Under the pieces are notes generated by a model, which was given only the letters and a program-made list of their open reading frames with translations, searched no databases and had not been told where the DNA came from. Shown here piece by piece: positions 21,962 through 32,656 of a stretch of 64,000 bases of DNA; position 1 is the stretch's first letter; every line of letters starts with the position of its first letter. The translations under genes were made by a program, and so were the position numbers. Location of the stretch: positions 1,836,436 to 1,900,435 of the forward strand of contig SMSO01000031.1 of assembly GCA_004764695.1 (NCBI GenBank), written 5' to 3'. Source of the stretch: Schizochytrium sp. TIO01. Its lineage: Eukaryota; Protista; Bigyra: Labyrinthulomycetes.

Positions 21962-24766
21962 TTACGAAGAGGCACCACTGGCTAGGATGGCAGCTGCTCC
22001 CGTACTCTTGAGAATGCTCTTCACCTTTGCAACAGCTTCGTCAGATGGTTCTCGCTGCATCAATGTCGTTGGCAATTTGAGAAGCAGGTTCAAATCTTCA
22101 GCAAGCCGTACAGCATTAGCCTCGCCGTCAACAGGTCCAAAAATTGCTGCAGCCATGCCATCAGCTTCAAGTTTATCTATCATGTGCTCCACAATTGAGG
22201 CAACCATGTCGAGAGCACAGGAGTGGCCTCCAAGAATTTTTTCTGCAAGATTTTTGAGGTCACCAAGGACAGTTGCCATTCGCTCAAAGTTCGGACTAAT
22301 TTGGGCAGGACCTGTGTCTCCGCGCTGTATGGAACTGTAGTTGAATTGACTCCATTGTACGACGTCTTCCAAGTATCGATTTGCGTTGCGAGTTACAAAA
22401 GCATCACACAGCATACGCCAAGGAGACTCTTCGTTATCCAGAGAGCGCACGCTTGAGAGGAAATCGCGTAACGCCTGCACACGACGTTTGAAAAGTTTCT
22501 CAAAGTTTTCTACTGCACGTACACTCAAGTCTGTCGATACGTACAACACATCGGCAATCATACCCAAGATTTGAGCGTTCGAGTAGGGCTCACTCATGAG
22601 GATTGTTACACAACGCTTTTCACGGTAGGAAAGTGGACGATCAATCTTGGAGCAGATACCACGGTATCCTTCTCCCCGGCGTGCTTGAGCGAAAACAAAT
22701 TCCTCAAACTTATCTCGAGATCCATCGAGTTTCGCAGACCAAGCACCAGCAGCATGTACAAGATTCTCCAAATAAGTTTTCAATACACCAATGATACCAT
22801 CAACAATGCGACCCTCAAGCGCTTCTGTTCGTGTTGCATAACTAGTCTTGTACACATTTTTGATACGGTCAAGAATTTTACCAACGACTGAATACGCCGC
22901 TTGACCACTTGATGTCAACGCAAGACCTGCTCCAGAATTAGCCATGCGACTTTCCACGCGGAGTCTTTCTGCCTGCCATGTTTCACGGCGAAGCTGGGTA
23001 CGCAGCGCTTTCTCAGAGCTTGCGAACAAGGAATCAACCACTGCGCGAATAGGGCCGCCAAGTTGACGAGCAACGACGAAACCAAGAACAACCTCCTCCT
23101 TTTCTAAACGACGGCAGAGAACCAGAGTCCACCGCAAGCATGTCCCAAGACTGCTCCACTGAGCGTCGCTCAGAGATATTGGGGAGCTGATGGGGTTCTT
23201 CTCTGACGGGAAAGGAATACCTTTCATGGCCAAGGCATTTAAATCATCCCCTAGCATGGTTTCACTTGTTTCCTCGTTACTTCCAGTTGCACCCTCCAGC
23301 TCTTCGCGTGACTGCTCTTGATAACCGGGGATGATGAAACGTACAAAGTTTGTGCAGAAACGCGTCACCTCTTCATGCGCCCAGACAACAAAAAGTGATT
23401 GTAAAGTGTCAGGAACGGTGCGTGCCCTTTTTTCATCCAAAGTAGCTAAAGTTGCCCTTTCCTTAGAGGGAAATTTACCACCGGCACCCTCTGCATGGTT
23501 TTTCGAAAAGAGAGCACAAAACTCGATGCTAGTCTCCAAGATTGCACCAAAGACGCCTTGTGCGAGCTCGATGATACATTGTTCCGGTTCTGTAGCAAGA
23601 GGCCCGTAAATCACTTCGTCCGAAATTTCTCGAATGAAGCGACGCCGTCCTCTCAGGTAGCCTCTGCAGGCAACCACTGGCTCGCCAAGGGCAGAGACGA
23701 GCTCCACAGGATGTCTACAATACTGAAGAGAGGATTCCGAATAATCAGCAAGTACCCGGCCGCCAAGACGGTGCTGATTCTTCTCCAAGAGTTGAAGAAG
23801 ATCGTCCAAGAACTCCTCGGCTTCCTCCTCAACAACACGGATTGCATAGTACAATGCCCATAACTTTTCATCTAACATATATGTGTCTACGTGCTCCCCG
23901 CGCTGGAGCTTGGCTTCCACCTGCACCTGGAATGCGTCCAAATCTACACTGCGCACGCGTTTGACAAGATCCACAGCTTCCTCAAAGGCCTCACGGTGTA
24001 GCAATAGTTGTAGCTTGTCAGGCGCTTCGATGAGCCAGGATAGAGCAAAAGACTCATCGCTATATAAAGATTGAACTTTCTTGAAACGAGAAGCCTCCAG
24101 TGAAGCCGCAAGGGCCTCTGCGTCGAGACGCTGCTCCACGCGATTACCTCCCCCGAGACTAGTGCGTGCACCCGAGATATCACTAAAGTTCCTTTGTGCC
24201 CCACTTGCTGAGGCTGCAGCAGTAGCAGCTGCGGCGGCGGCTGCACTCGACAATTTCACAAGCTTGCGACGCTCCTTTTCACGACGTTTAGCAACCTCCA
24301 GACGTTTCTCCTCAAATGTTCTCAAGCGCTCTAAATTGCTGGCAGCAACCTGAATACTTTGAAGAACAAATTCAGTTTTGCCGAGGCCTCTTCGCAGTTC
24401 TGAGAGACCTGCGTCCATCTTGCGAAGATCTTCCGCAGACTCGATGAATTTAGGGTAGTGTTTGAACACCATGCGCTGCAAATGGTCTGTTGCTTTGCCA
24501 CGATGCTCAAGCAATTGCATGCAAAAGGCCTTAGCTTGGGCTTCGGTATTCTGTTCGTAAAATGCTTGCGTAAACCGTTTGGCATCGAAGTCTGACCGGC
24601 TGAAAAGATCGAGCTCGTTATCGATCATTTCTCCAAATTCTTCTTTGCCCACTCGCATGCTTGTCCGAGGTGAAAACATTTTGTTTTGCACTCCTGAATT
24701 ACCCGTACTCGTATGTGATGGATCATCTTTGCCCGCGCCAAATCCTGCGCCTGTAGAAGAGCTCAT
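21962..24766 (-). CDS. EXO84: Exocyst subunit Exo84/EXOC8
   Basis: N-terminal Vps51-like coil FSRSDFDAKRF..LQRMVFKHYPKFIESAEDL; WLIEAPDKLQLLL..FEEAV marks the start of the Exo84 helical bundle. Confidence 0.8.
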   Translation of the reverse strand: MSSSTGAGFGAGKDDPSHTSTGNSGVQNKMFSPRTSMRVGKEEFGEMIDNELDLFSRSDFDAKRFTQAFYEQNTEAQAKAFCMQLLEHRGKATDHLQRMVFKHYPKFIESAEDLRKMDAGLSELRRGLGKTEFVLQSIQVAASNLERLRTFEEKRLEVAKRREKERRKLVKLSSAAAAAAATAAASASGAQRNFSDISGARTSLGGGNRVEQRLDAEALAASLEASRFKKVQSLYSDESFALSWLIEAPDKLQLLLHREAFEEAVDLVKRVRSVDLDAFQVQVEAKLQRGEHVDTYMLDEKLWALYYAIRVVEEEAEEFLDDLLQLLEKNQHRLGGRVLADYSESSLQYCRHPVELVSALGEPVVACRGYLRGRRRFIREISDEVIYGPLATEPEQCIIELAQGVFGAILETSIEFCALFSKNHAEGAGGKFPSKERATLATLDEKRARTVPDTLQSLFVVWAHEEVTRFCTNFVRFIIPGYQEQSREELEGATGSNEETSETMLGDDLNALAMKGIPFPSEKNPISSPISLSDAQWSSLGTCLRWTLVLCRRLEKEEVVLGFVVARQLGGPIRAVVDSLFASSEKALRTQLRRETWQAERLRVESRMANSGAGLALTSSGQAAYSVVGKILDRIKNVYKTSYATRTEALEGRIVDGIIGVLKTYLENLVHAAGAWSAKLDGSRDKFEEFVFAQARRGEGYRGICSKIDRPLSYREKRCVTILMSEPYSNAQILGMIADVLYVSTDLSVRAVENFEKLFKRRVQALRDFLSSVRSLDNEESPWRMLCDAFVTRNANRYLEDVVQWSQFNYSSIQRGDTGPAQISPNFERMATVLGDLKNLAEKILGGHSCALDMVASIVEHMIDKLEADGMAAAIFGPVDGEANAVRLAEDLNLLLKLPTTLMQREPSDEAVAKVKSILKSTGAAAILASGASS

Positions 24767-25406
24767 GATCGTCTGTGCTGTTGACTTTGTGTAGCTCTAT
24801 GTATCGTGCTTCTGTAGATTACCATACAGAAATGAACTTTGCGATCTGATGTCTCACCGAGTCTTGAGCCAACGTTGAGCTTCTCAATGCCTTAGCAACG
24901 TCCTGACCCCGAAGGCCCGTCTGTAAGGCCTTTCAGGACAGAAATCCACCGTGAACGGAGCTACCAATACAGGTCTGATCTGTGAAGACGCTGACTGACT
25001 GACTGACTGACTGACTTCGTCTATTATGCAAGATCGTCTTGAAGGAGCTGGGATATTTCGTTTGATAAATTCAAACAAATATTATAGTTGTTCTTACTTA
25101 CAAGCCTTGAAGCAGTATGAGGTCAGATGAAATCACGCGAAACCTTTTGAGGTACATTTGTATTCAGGAATAAATAGATCTCTTCTTCAGCGGGTAAATC
25201 ATACATAGCAGGCTCAGTGTACTTTTAAATATGACTTGCCTTGTGGCCACGGATGTGTTTTTTGCTGTTCTCATATATGCATATCCCTTCATCTTCAAGA
25301 TGGTTTAGTAAAGCATCAGTAAGTAAATGTGGCATGCAGAACTTTAATTGCATTGTTTTTTCTTCATAAAATCCTGGCATCAATTAAAAAAACATTAATT
25401 TATAGC

Positions 25407-28400
25407 TTACAAAGTCGCGGGGCCGAAGAGTAGCGCACGAGCCATCGCTGCGGAATCATGTATGAGCTCTGCATGAAGACCAATGAGCGCAAGCTTTGGC
25501 AGACTTGCTGTCTTTATAGCCAGGTTTTTGCCAACATTAATAGGAGAGAAGTATGCTTGGTCTTCCTGGAACATAGACTGCTTGGAATTGCTAAGTTTAT
25601 GTTTGCATTTGGCAAATATGCAGAATCGCTTGTACATGGAGTATTGGCAAGTAGCAACCATATCTATAAAGTCAAGTTCTGCCTTTTTTGAATTCGACTT
25701 CTTGACAGGTCGACCTATAATTGGTCGTTGTGCGCCCGCTACTGCTGGCTGATTGATCACTTCTCCAAGGGAAGAAGCTTGAAATTCTACTTTGGAGTTC
25801 TCAGACAATGCAGTCAGTTCCGCAAGCCTAGCAACGTCCCTCTTGTTATGCATACCAAGTAGAAGCAAGGCCATGGGCCCATCTATAAATAAGTGGCCTT
25901 GCCCCGAGCCGTCATCAACAATCATGGCCGCCTTTGCCATAAGTTCAAAATTATCCTCACCAGATCGAGCAACACAATCTTTGGGACAGAGGAGTTTACC
26001 GTTCATGCCCCAACCACAGACCTTGCACCGACGTTCTACCAGTGCAAAAGTAACTTGCACAACTGAGCTCATTATACAGACAAATTCTATTTTTTTTCCG
26101 TTTTCAAGGCCTCTTCGGAGAATGTCAGATAACAAATCAATTTTGATATCTTTAAGAGGCTTGATTGCCGGCAGATCCTCGTTGACTGAGATGACATCTT
26201 TGACAATAATATTCGACGCAGTTGTCACTCGACAATAGATACTTTGTCCCTTCGAGATAAGCTCAGGATTGTATATTCGCAGTCTTGACCCAATCCGTAA
26301 CGACCCAGGAGGCATGTGCAGACGAGAGACATCTGTAATATAAACTCCAATGACAGCAGGACTTTGTACATCGCGCAACTCGATGAAAATACCTGTGCAA
26401 CGATCTAACAATGGTGGAACTCTCCCTTCTACATTGGATTTAAGTGGTAAACTTTGTGGCTGACGTTGCTCGCGCAAAGATACACTGGTTACAATACCTT
26501 CCATGGCCCAGAGAGTACGGGCGCTAGAACTCCGACGGAACACCTGTTCAATTCTTTGTGGAGCATCGAATGTGAACCCAGACTCGGTGTGCTTTCTCCA
26601 AAATACATCACGCATTGCACTCACTACCGTTGTGTCGAGCTGTTCAAAGCGAGTTTCATTATTTGCATTATATAAACTTGAAGTCTCGCGAGCCATACCG
26701 GCCACTTTTTGGTTTGAAATGTTGACAATGCGATATCCTTGTCCAACGCATAAAAGATTCCAAAACTGAGGAAAACCATCTTTACTTGTGCACACAAGGC
26801 TCATATATCCTAGTTTCTCAGACCAAAATTTCAGTGAGACTTCCACAAGGCCCAAATCGTGGGTGCGACGACACGGCAAGGTGAGTGACACAAGAAGACC
26901 AACAATGATAATTGAGGAATACGATGCCCCCTTGGTTGTGGCGGAGTTAGATTCGTCTTGCTTTGTTTCATTCTGGACCTGAGGTGGTATGGATTGTGGG
27001 ATATCAAAGCCTCTTACCTTCATATCTAATCGCATAATAGACGAGGCCTCAAGATAAAGTCGGAGCACGGTATCCCTGTGAGTTTGACCTTCAACATATT
27101 GATCTTCCCACAGTAAAGGGGATCTCGGTGTATGTCGCGTCATTTTAATATTGTCTTGTGCGCGAACATGCAAGGCCTCTACAATAATCCTGCACTTCGA
27201 AAGAATAAGGGGAATAGGCGTTGAGCTTTTGGCCTCAGCAACAATCTTGGCAAGACTAGGACAAGGTCTAACTTCAATTGAACCAGTACGATCTCGAAAC
27301 GATAATTGACCTGTCTTCACTGATGTTCCAAGCCATCCAACAATTGCGACCGGCTGACCAGAAAGGGCAAGTTCTTCGCCACTCAGGCTTGCGAAATAAT
27401 TTTCACCTTGCATAGTCGCAAGTCCAAAGGTCGATTCAGGTAGTTTCCTGAGCCCGTGCTTTCTTACGAAAGAAATTGCCTGGGTTTTCAGAAATTGTAT
27501 AGAAGGTAAACTTGGCAAATATGAAGGTTTGGCAACGGCGTGACCACTTACAATTTGAGCCTGGCCACCCATTCCCAAAGGGTTCTCTAAAAGCATAAAC
27601 TCGTCCCATACATCTCGAGCAAACGGTTGGTCCTCTGAGTTGCTTGCTTCAGGTTTGAAACTCTTGGCGATGCTCATCAGTAAGTCTTTTGTTTTTTCAA
27701 AGAGAGACAGACGTTGTAGTGCTTGTGGTGTTGCGTGATGAGCGATTTGGATGAGACTTTCTAAAAACCAAAAGGCAGTCAGTGCATCTAAGTTACGAGG
27801 CATCAATTCTTGCTGTGTAGGACTCATACGAAGGCACATATCTCGTCGTCTCGCCGTTCCCTTTGGATCAGCACTCTTTGAGAGTTCGGGTGAAATAGTA
27901 TCTTGCTCAATGTGAGAGTTTATAGGAAAAGGTGCAAAATGTATAATCGACGTTGAACTTCGCATGGTCAAAACAAACCCTTCAAATTTTCCGTGAAAAT
28001 ACAAACGGAAGATATTGTCAAAACGCACAATAGAACCCACACGCAGCCCGCGACCTCCACGTGGAGGTGGTACATGCGTCATAAATATTTTGGTGATTCC
28101 GTCAAGCTCAAGCACAAAGGCTCCCACCCGACGAGTAACTGTACCTACATAAGAACATTCCCGTGCAAGTTGAACAGAATTTGGGGCAGGCATAGGTGGA
28201 CGCAAGCACCAAGTTTGGGTACTGTCAGCTCCGCGCGGAATCAGAGAAATCTGTGACCACTTTCTCACCACAAAATACGCTTGTGCGCGTGATCCTCCGG
28301 CAATATGTTGAACAAAAGGTCTTTCAAGGATGTCGTGGTCTCGTATGGTGACCTTGTCACCTGGAGCCAGAACAGAACCAAGAAACTCCATGCCATTTTT

Positions 28401-29396
28401 GAGCAAGAGAAAATGTTGTCGCTGTTCTTCCCTTCCCTCATTCTCTATAGCCTGGACGAGTAAATACGGCGGATGTACATGGTCGGCCTGGATAATTGGG
28501 CTGACTGCAGCAACTCTCCATGTGAATCTGCAATTTTGAGACCCATCTACCTGAAGATCTGAAGGACTCCACTCTTGCGGCGAGCCTCCACTTACAATAA
28601 TTTCGGTAACCTCTAGATAGTACCCATGCAGGATGCATGCGTCCTCCATCGACCGAGCTGGGTATTCTGCCCAGGTGTAGCGCCCCCCGTCATTCTCAAT
28701 ATGCTTGGCGCCTCCGACCAAGCCTGCCTCCGGTTTCGGCTGCCATAACTTCTTCACGGAAAATGCAGTTACAATCACCGGAAGATTAGATCGAACTCCC
28801 TGCTGGTGCACCAACGTGCTGCGAGCTCGCTCGCTAAGCACAATTGGGAGTCCCCTTTGCCCTTTTATATCTTTAGTAAGTAGTTTGCGCATTTTTCTGT
28901 CTTCGCACGCTATCGTAGACATGTCTTTCAGCACCAGCGGCGAACCTTCTCGCAAAGGCCCACACGAGAGCACCCCTGCAAGTATGCATTCAAGTTGATT
29001 CTTACATAACATTATAGCCTTCATTATTGGTAAAAATCGATTTTGATTCGCATCTCCACTACGTATTTGGAGCTCATTTGCATTTCTACAGTGCTCTGGA
29101 GTTCTACTTCCGCGCGAATGTGAGACATTGCGATGATCCAACTCCTTTACAGGTTTTGTAGCAAGTCGTGCCAAAGAAGCTGCCTCCCAGGCAATATACT
29201 TGCGCACAAGTCTCAGAATCTCATCATCATCTGTAGCTTCAACTTTCCTGCGTTTCCTTGCGCTTGATCCGTCCAGACCTTCTTCAAGAGGACCTTCACC
29301 GTCACAGCGCTCTCGACTCGGACTCGATGTTGATACGTTAACGAGCTGCCGCACCGTCTCCAGACAGGACTTCTCTGCTCCAGAGGTCACTTGCAT
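25407..29396 (-). CDS. CTC1: CST complex subunit CTC1-like multi-OB-fold protein
   Basis: 1329 aa; SYVGTVT..LELDG..RGLRVGSIVRFDNI, LSFRDRTGSI, CKVC..C zinc ribbon and IVDDGSGQ match CTC1 OB-fold motifs. Confidence 0.75.
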   Translation of the reverse strand: MQVTSGAEKSCLETVRQLVNVSTSSPSRERCDGEGPLEEGLDGSSARKRRKVEATDDDEILRLVRKYIAWEAASLARLATKPVKELDHRNVSHSRGSRTPEHCRNANELQIRSGDANQNRFLPIMKAIMLCKNQLECILAGVLSCGPLREGSPLVLKDMSTIACEDRKMRKLLTKDIKGQRGLPIVLSERARSTLVHQQGVRSNLPVIVTAFSVKKLWQPKPEAGLVGGAKHIENDGGRYTWAEYPARSMEDACILHGYYLEVTEIIVSGGSPQEWSPSDLQVDGSQNCRFTWRVAAVSPIIQADHVHPPYLLVQAIENEGREEQRQHFLLLKNGMEFLGSVLAPGDKVTIRDHDILERPFVQHIAGGSRAQAYFVVRKWSQISLIPRGADSTQTWCLRPPMPAPNSVQLARECSYVGTVTRRVGAFVLELDGITKIFMTHVPPPRGGRGLRVGSIVRFDNIFRLYFHGKFEGFVLTMRSSTSIIHFAPFPINSHIEQDTISPELSKSADPKGTARRRDMCLRMSPTQQELMPRNLDALTAFWFLESLIQIAHHATPQALQRLSLFEKTKDLLMSIAKSFKPEASNSEDQPFARDVWDEFMLLENPLGMGGQAQIVSGHAVAKPSYLPSLPSIQFLKTQAISFVRKHGLRKLPESTFGLATMQGENYFASLSGEELALSGQPVAIVGWLGTSVKTGQLSFRDRTGSIEVRPCPSLAKIVAEAKSSTPIPLILSKCRIIVEALHVRAQDNIKMTRHTPRSPLLWEDQYVEGQTHRDTVLRLYLEASSIMRLDMKVRGFDIPQSIPPQVQNETKQDESNSATTKGASYSSIIIVGLLVSLTLPCRRTHDLGLVEVSLKFWSEKLGYMSLVCTSKDGFPQFWNLLCVGQGYRIVNISNQKVAGMARETSSLYNANNETRFEQLDTTVVSAMRDVFWRKHTESGFTFDAPQRIEQVFRRSSSARTLWAMEGIVTSVSLREQRQPQSLPLKSNVEGRVPPLLDRCTGIFIELRDVQSPAVIGVYITDVSRLHMPPGSLRIGSRLRIYNPELISKGQSIYCRVTTASNIIVKDVISVNEDLPAIKPLKDIKIDLLSDILRRGLENGKKIEFVCIMSSVVQVTFALVERRCKVCGWGMNGKLLCPKDCVARSGEDNFELMAKAAMIVDDGSGQGHLFIDGPMALLLLGMHNKRDVARLAELTALSENSKVEFQASSLGEVINQPAVAGAQRPIIGRPVKKSNSKKAELDFIDMVATCQYSMYKRFCIFAKCKHKLSNSKQSMFQEDQAYFSPINVGKNLAIKTASLPKLALIGLHAELIHDSAAMARALLFGPATL

Positions 29397-30722
29397 CAGC
29401 CCGGGGTCTTCGCAAGAGTTATCTCAGGCTACCCGGGCGATGCTTAGAGTCGTTCTCCGCTCAAGTTGGTCTTGGTTGCGTCTTTTCATGAAATCATTCT
29501 CACGTTGCTGGTTATGAGATTACTATGAATTATACCATCTTCGTCATTGCATAATTAAATGACTATCATTGAAAGACTTGCAGAACTCAGCTTGCAAAGG
29601 TTGCAACTCACGCCAGGGAGAGACGCAACCTTCTAGACGCCAACGATGCACAGGCCACAACCTGGTGGCTGGTGCTCAAGTTCAAGGTGTTCATTTATAG
29701 AAAAAACCAATCAGGGAGTTCATTCATCTTGCAATCTGAAGAATGGCCTCAAATTAGTTCCCGTTCCGTTACGGTTCTGCAATGGTTCTACACTACCTCA
29801 ACCTTGAAGATCGTACCAGGATGCTATGTTAAGCTGGCTCCTTCGTCTTTAGCCACGAGCTCTCTAGCTTGAGCCTAATGACGTGTTTCCCCACTCAACC
29901 CAGAGCGTCTGGAGAGTGGCCAATGACACCCTTTCGTCAAATGATTCATTAGTAAAGATACGAAGAGCTTCCAGTACCTAGGTCCTCCTTATCGTTCCAG
30001 CTGTTCTGTTCTTTTCTTTTCTTTCCTCTTCTTTTCCCAGATTGTTCTTTCCCTTACGAGGAGTTGCTTTCATAACACCGATCTGAGGTCCCGTGCGGTT
30101 CGTGTACGAAAACGATGGCTACGATCGTGGTCCTGTCGTGCTTAAAGCTCGCCACACTCGCTGGATTCCAGTCAGAAGAAGTCGGTCAAGCTCGCTCAAA
30201 CTTATGTGCGTCGATAACAGCGATCGTGGCAGTACCTGGAGAATTTAATTCCACAGTTCAACAACTCATGGATGTAGTCGAGAGTGCTTTTCTGGCTGTA
30301 CCGAATCCCTAAGAGTATACGCTAGATGAGCCCTAGTCACGCTTTGTATTGTAGAAAGAATTTGTGCTGGAAAATGATGTTTTCATCCATCACTGGGTTT
30401 TAATATGAGCGGGGACCCCTAGGAAGGTTCTAAGGTTTGGCATAGGAGGTACGCGGTTTTGGAGCAATTACCGAAAGCGTATGGAAAGTTGTTTTTCCGA
30501 AGAAGTTCTTTTGAGAAGGAATCAATCATTTTCAAGATACATATCTGTCGGAGCTGTGCTTGGAGACTCCGCAAACCCGAAACTCGAGGCGGAAGACTCG
30601 GAGCCACGGGGATTTGCGAAGAACCTTATATATCGAGAGCAATTGCTGCTGCCTCTGTGCGAAAGCAGAACAGGTAAACGCTGCTATCTTTTTGATTCCT
30701 ACATCAAGTCAAGTTGGCCATC

Positions 30723-32027
30723 ATGACCGCCATGGAAGACCTCTTTGGTGAAGAGCTCATTGCGAAGGATGGCTCTCGCGTTAAGACCCGCGACGTGACC
30801 AAAAAGGTCATGGCAATCTATGCCAGCAGCGCCACCTGCGGTCCCTGCCGTCTTTTCACGCCAATGTTGGCAAAGTTGTACGAAAAGTTGAACAAGGATG
30901 GCAAGGAGCTCGAAATTATCTTCTTGTCTGCAGACGATGAGAAGGATGGATTTGACGAGTGCTACGCCAAAATGCCTTGGCTCGCGGTGCCTTTTGACGA
31001 TGAGGATCGTAAGATCAGCCTCATGAAGAAGATCAAGCTTCGCGCTGTCCCGACCTTGGTCTTCTTTGACGGTGAGTCTGGCGAGATGTACAATATGAAT
31101 GGTCGCGAGGCGATTGCCGCCGACGAGGAGGGCGAGAACTACCCCTGGACTCCCCCCTCACTTAAGGAGTGCCTTGGATCTAGCTTCATCAATGGTGATG
31201 GAGAAGAGGTCACTCTGGAGGACTTGAAGGGCAAGTACATTACGCTCTACTTCTCAGCCCAGTGGTGTCCTCCGTGCCACATGTTCACGCCTGTATTGAT
31301 CAAGCTGTACAAGAAACTCAAGGAAGAAGGAAAGCCTTGGGAGGTTATCTTCCTCTCGTCTGATCGTGATCAGGGGGCCTTTGAAGAGTACTTCGCCAGC
31401 ATGCCTTGGCTCAGTGTGCCCTTCGAAGACCGGGGACGCAAGCAGAAGCTGAGCACTTACTTTGATGTTGAGGGCATCCCCACAGCTATCATGCTCGACC
31501 CTGAGCTTAATGTGATCAACAAGGGCCTCCGTGGCTACATTGATGAGGACCAGGATGAAGGCAAGAACTTTCCATGGGAACCCAAGCCTGTGCTTACCCT
31601 CACTCAGGGTGCTGGAGAAATCAACGACATGCCCAACTTGGTCGTGCTCATGGAGCAGGAGGGTGACAACACCCAGGCCCAGTTTGAGACTATCCTCACG
31701 CAGATCTCTGAAAGCCATGCCGAGAAGGTCAAGTCAGAGAACAAGCCCCCCATGCAGTTCCTTGTGGCCAACCCCGGCGATATGCTTGTGTCTCGTGTGC
31801 GTTCGCTTTGTGGTCTCGCCTCCGCAAAGGATGAGTTCCGAACCCTTTGTAACGGTGATATGTGCATGAGGCTCCATGCCTCCACCGCTGTCATTATCCT
31901 CGATATCCCTGATCAGGGTGGCTTTTATGAGCTCGAAGGTGAGCTCACGAAGGAGAACATTGTCGACTTTTATGAAAAGTTCATCAAGGGTGAACTCAAG
32001 TCTTCGCGCAAGCAGCTTGGTGCATAA
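30723..32027 (+). CDS. NXN: Nucleoredoxin/tryparedoxin-like protein with two thioredoxin domains
   Basis: YASSATCGPC and YFSAQWCPPC active sites, repeated MPWLAVPF/MPWLSVPF and YPW/FPW motifs, third inactive Trx-like domain containing CNGDMC. First ATG is at 30723. Confidence 0.9.
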   Translation: MTAMEDLFGEELIAKDGSRVKTRDVTKKVMAIYASSATCGPCRLFTPMLAKLYEKLNKDGKELEIIFLSADDEKDGFDECYAKMPWLAVPFDDEDRKISLMKKIKLRAVPTLVFFDGESGEMYNMNGREAIAADEEGENYPWTPPSLKECLGSSFINGDGEEVTLEDLKGKYITLYFSAQWCPPCHMFTPVLIKLYKKLKEEGKPWEVIFLSSDRDQGAFEEYFASMPWLSVPFEDRGRKQKLSTYFDVEGIPTAIMLDPELNVINKGLRGYIDEDQDEGKNFPWEPKPVLTLTQGAGEINDMPNLVVLMEQEGDNTQAQFETILTQISESHAEKVKSENKPPMQFLVANPGDMLVSRVRSLCGLASAKDEFRTLCNGDMCMRLHASTAVIILDIPDQGGFYELEGELTKENIVDFYEKFIKGELKSSRKQLGA

Positions 32028-32656
32028 TCGTTGATAGCCAGCTGAAATATCAGCTGTCTTCTCTCTCTTTTTTTTTTCTCTTTTCATTCATCTGCAGACT
32101 TGAATGGGTTTCTTATCATACCATTGGACTAATCCGACAATGTTACCATGGTATGTGTTTTCAAAGTTTTAAATAAACAACAATAAAGGTAAGCACAAAA
32201 GCAAAGCAGAAACTGCTTCTGGCTACAATGGGAATGCATGGAAACTTTGCGTTCCACTGCTTTTAATCCACACGCTTTTTTACTTTTGGATTTTAATTGA
32301 TGTTGCTTCGAGCTTTATGTTATAAGTTGAACACTTTAAAAAATAATTAAAAATCACCAGACAACATAAATTTTACTGTATACTTGGACCATTCTCAAGC
32401 TCTTGTCATCTTCAGAATATGCGAGAATTTGCGCTCATTTGTCACCCTTTTGCAAGTGCAACTAACTACCAATTCTCTAGCAAAGAAAGGAAAAAAAGAT
32501 ACAATAACCATGTGTAAAACTATAAAAGGGGAAGGACACTATGCATCTGTCTCGACAACGGACATTTCAATTTGTATATAATAATGGTTATCTACGGCTA
32601 TTCGCAAAGAGTATATGAGTGCTATTTTAGAACTGGCTGTGTGATTTCCTGCATGA

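Noticed and set aside
29878-29930. Second SECIS candidate (ATGA..AA..TGAC)
   Set aside because: ATGA-to-AA spacing is 15 nt, helix II is badly asymmetric, and there is no upstream plus-strand UGA-containing gene.
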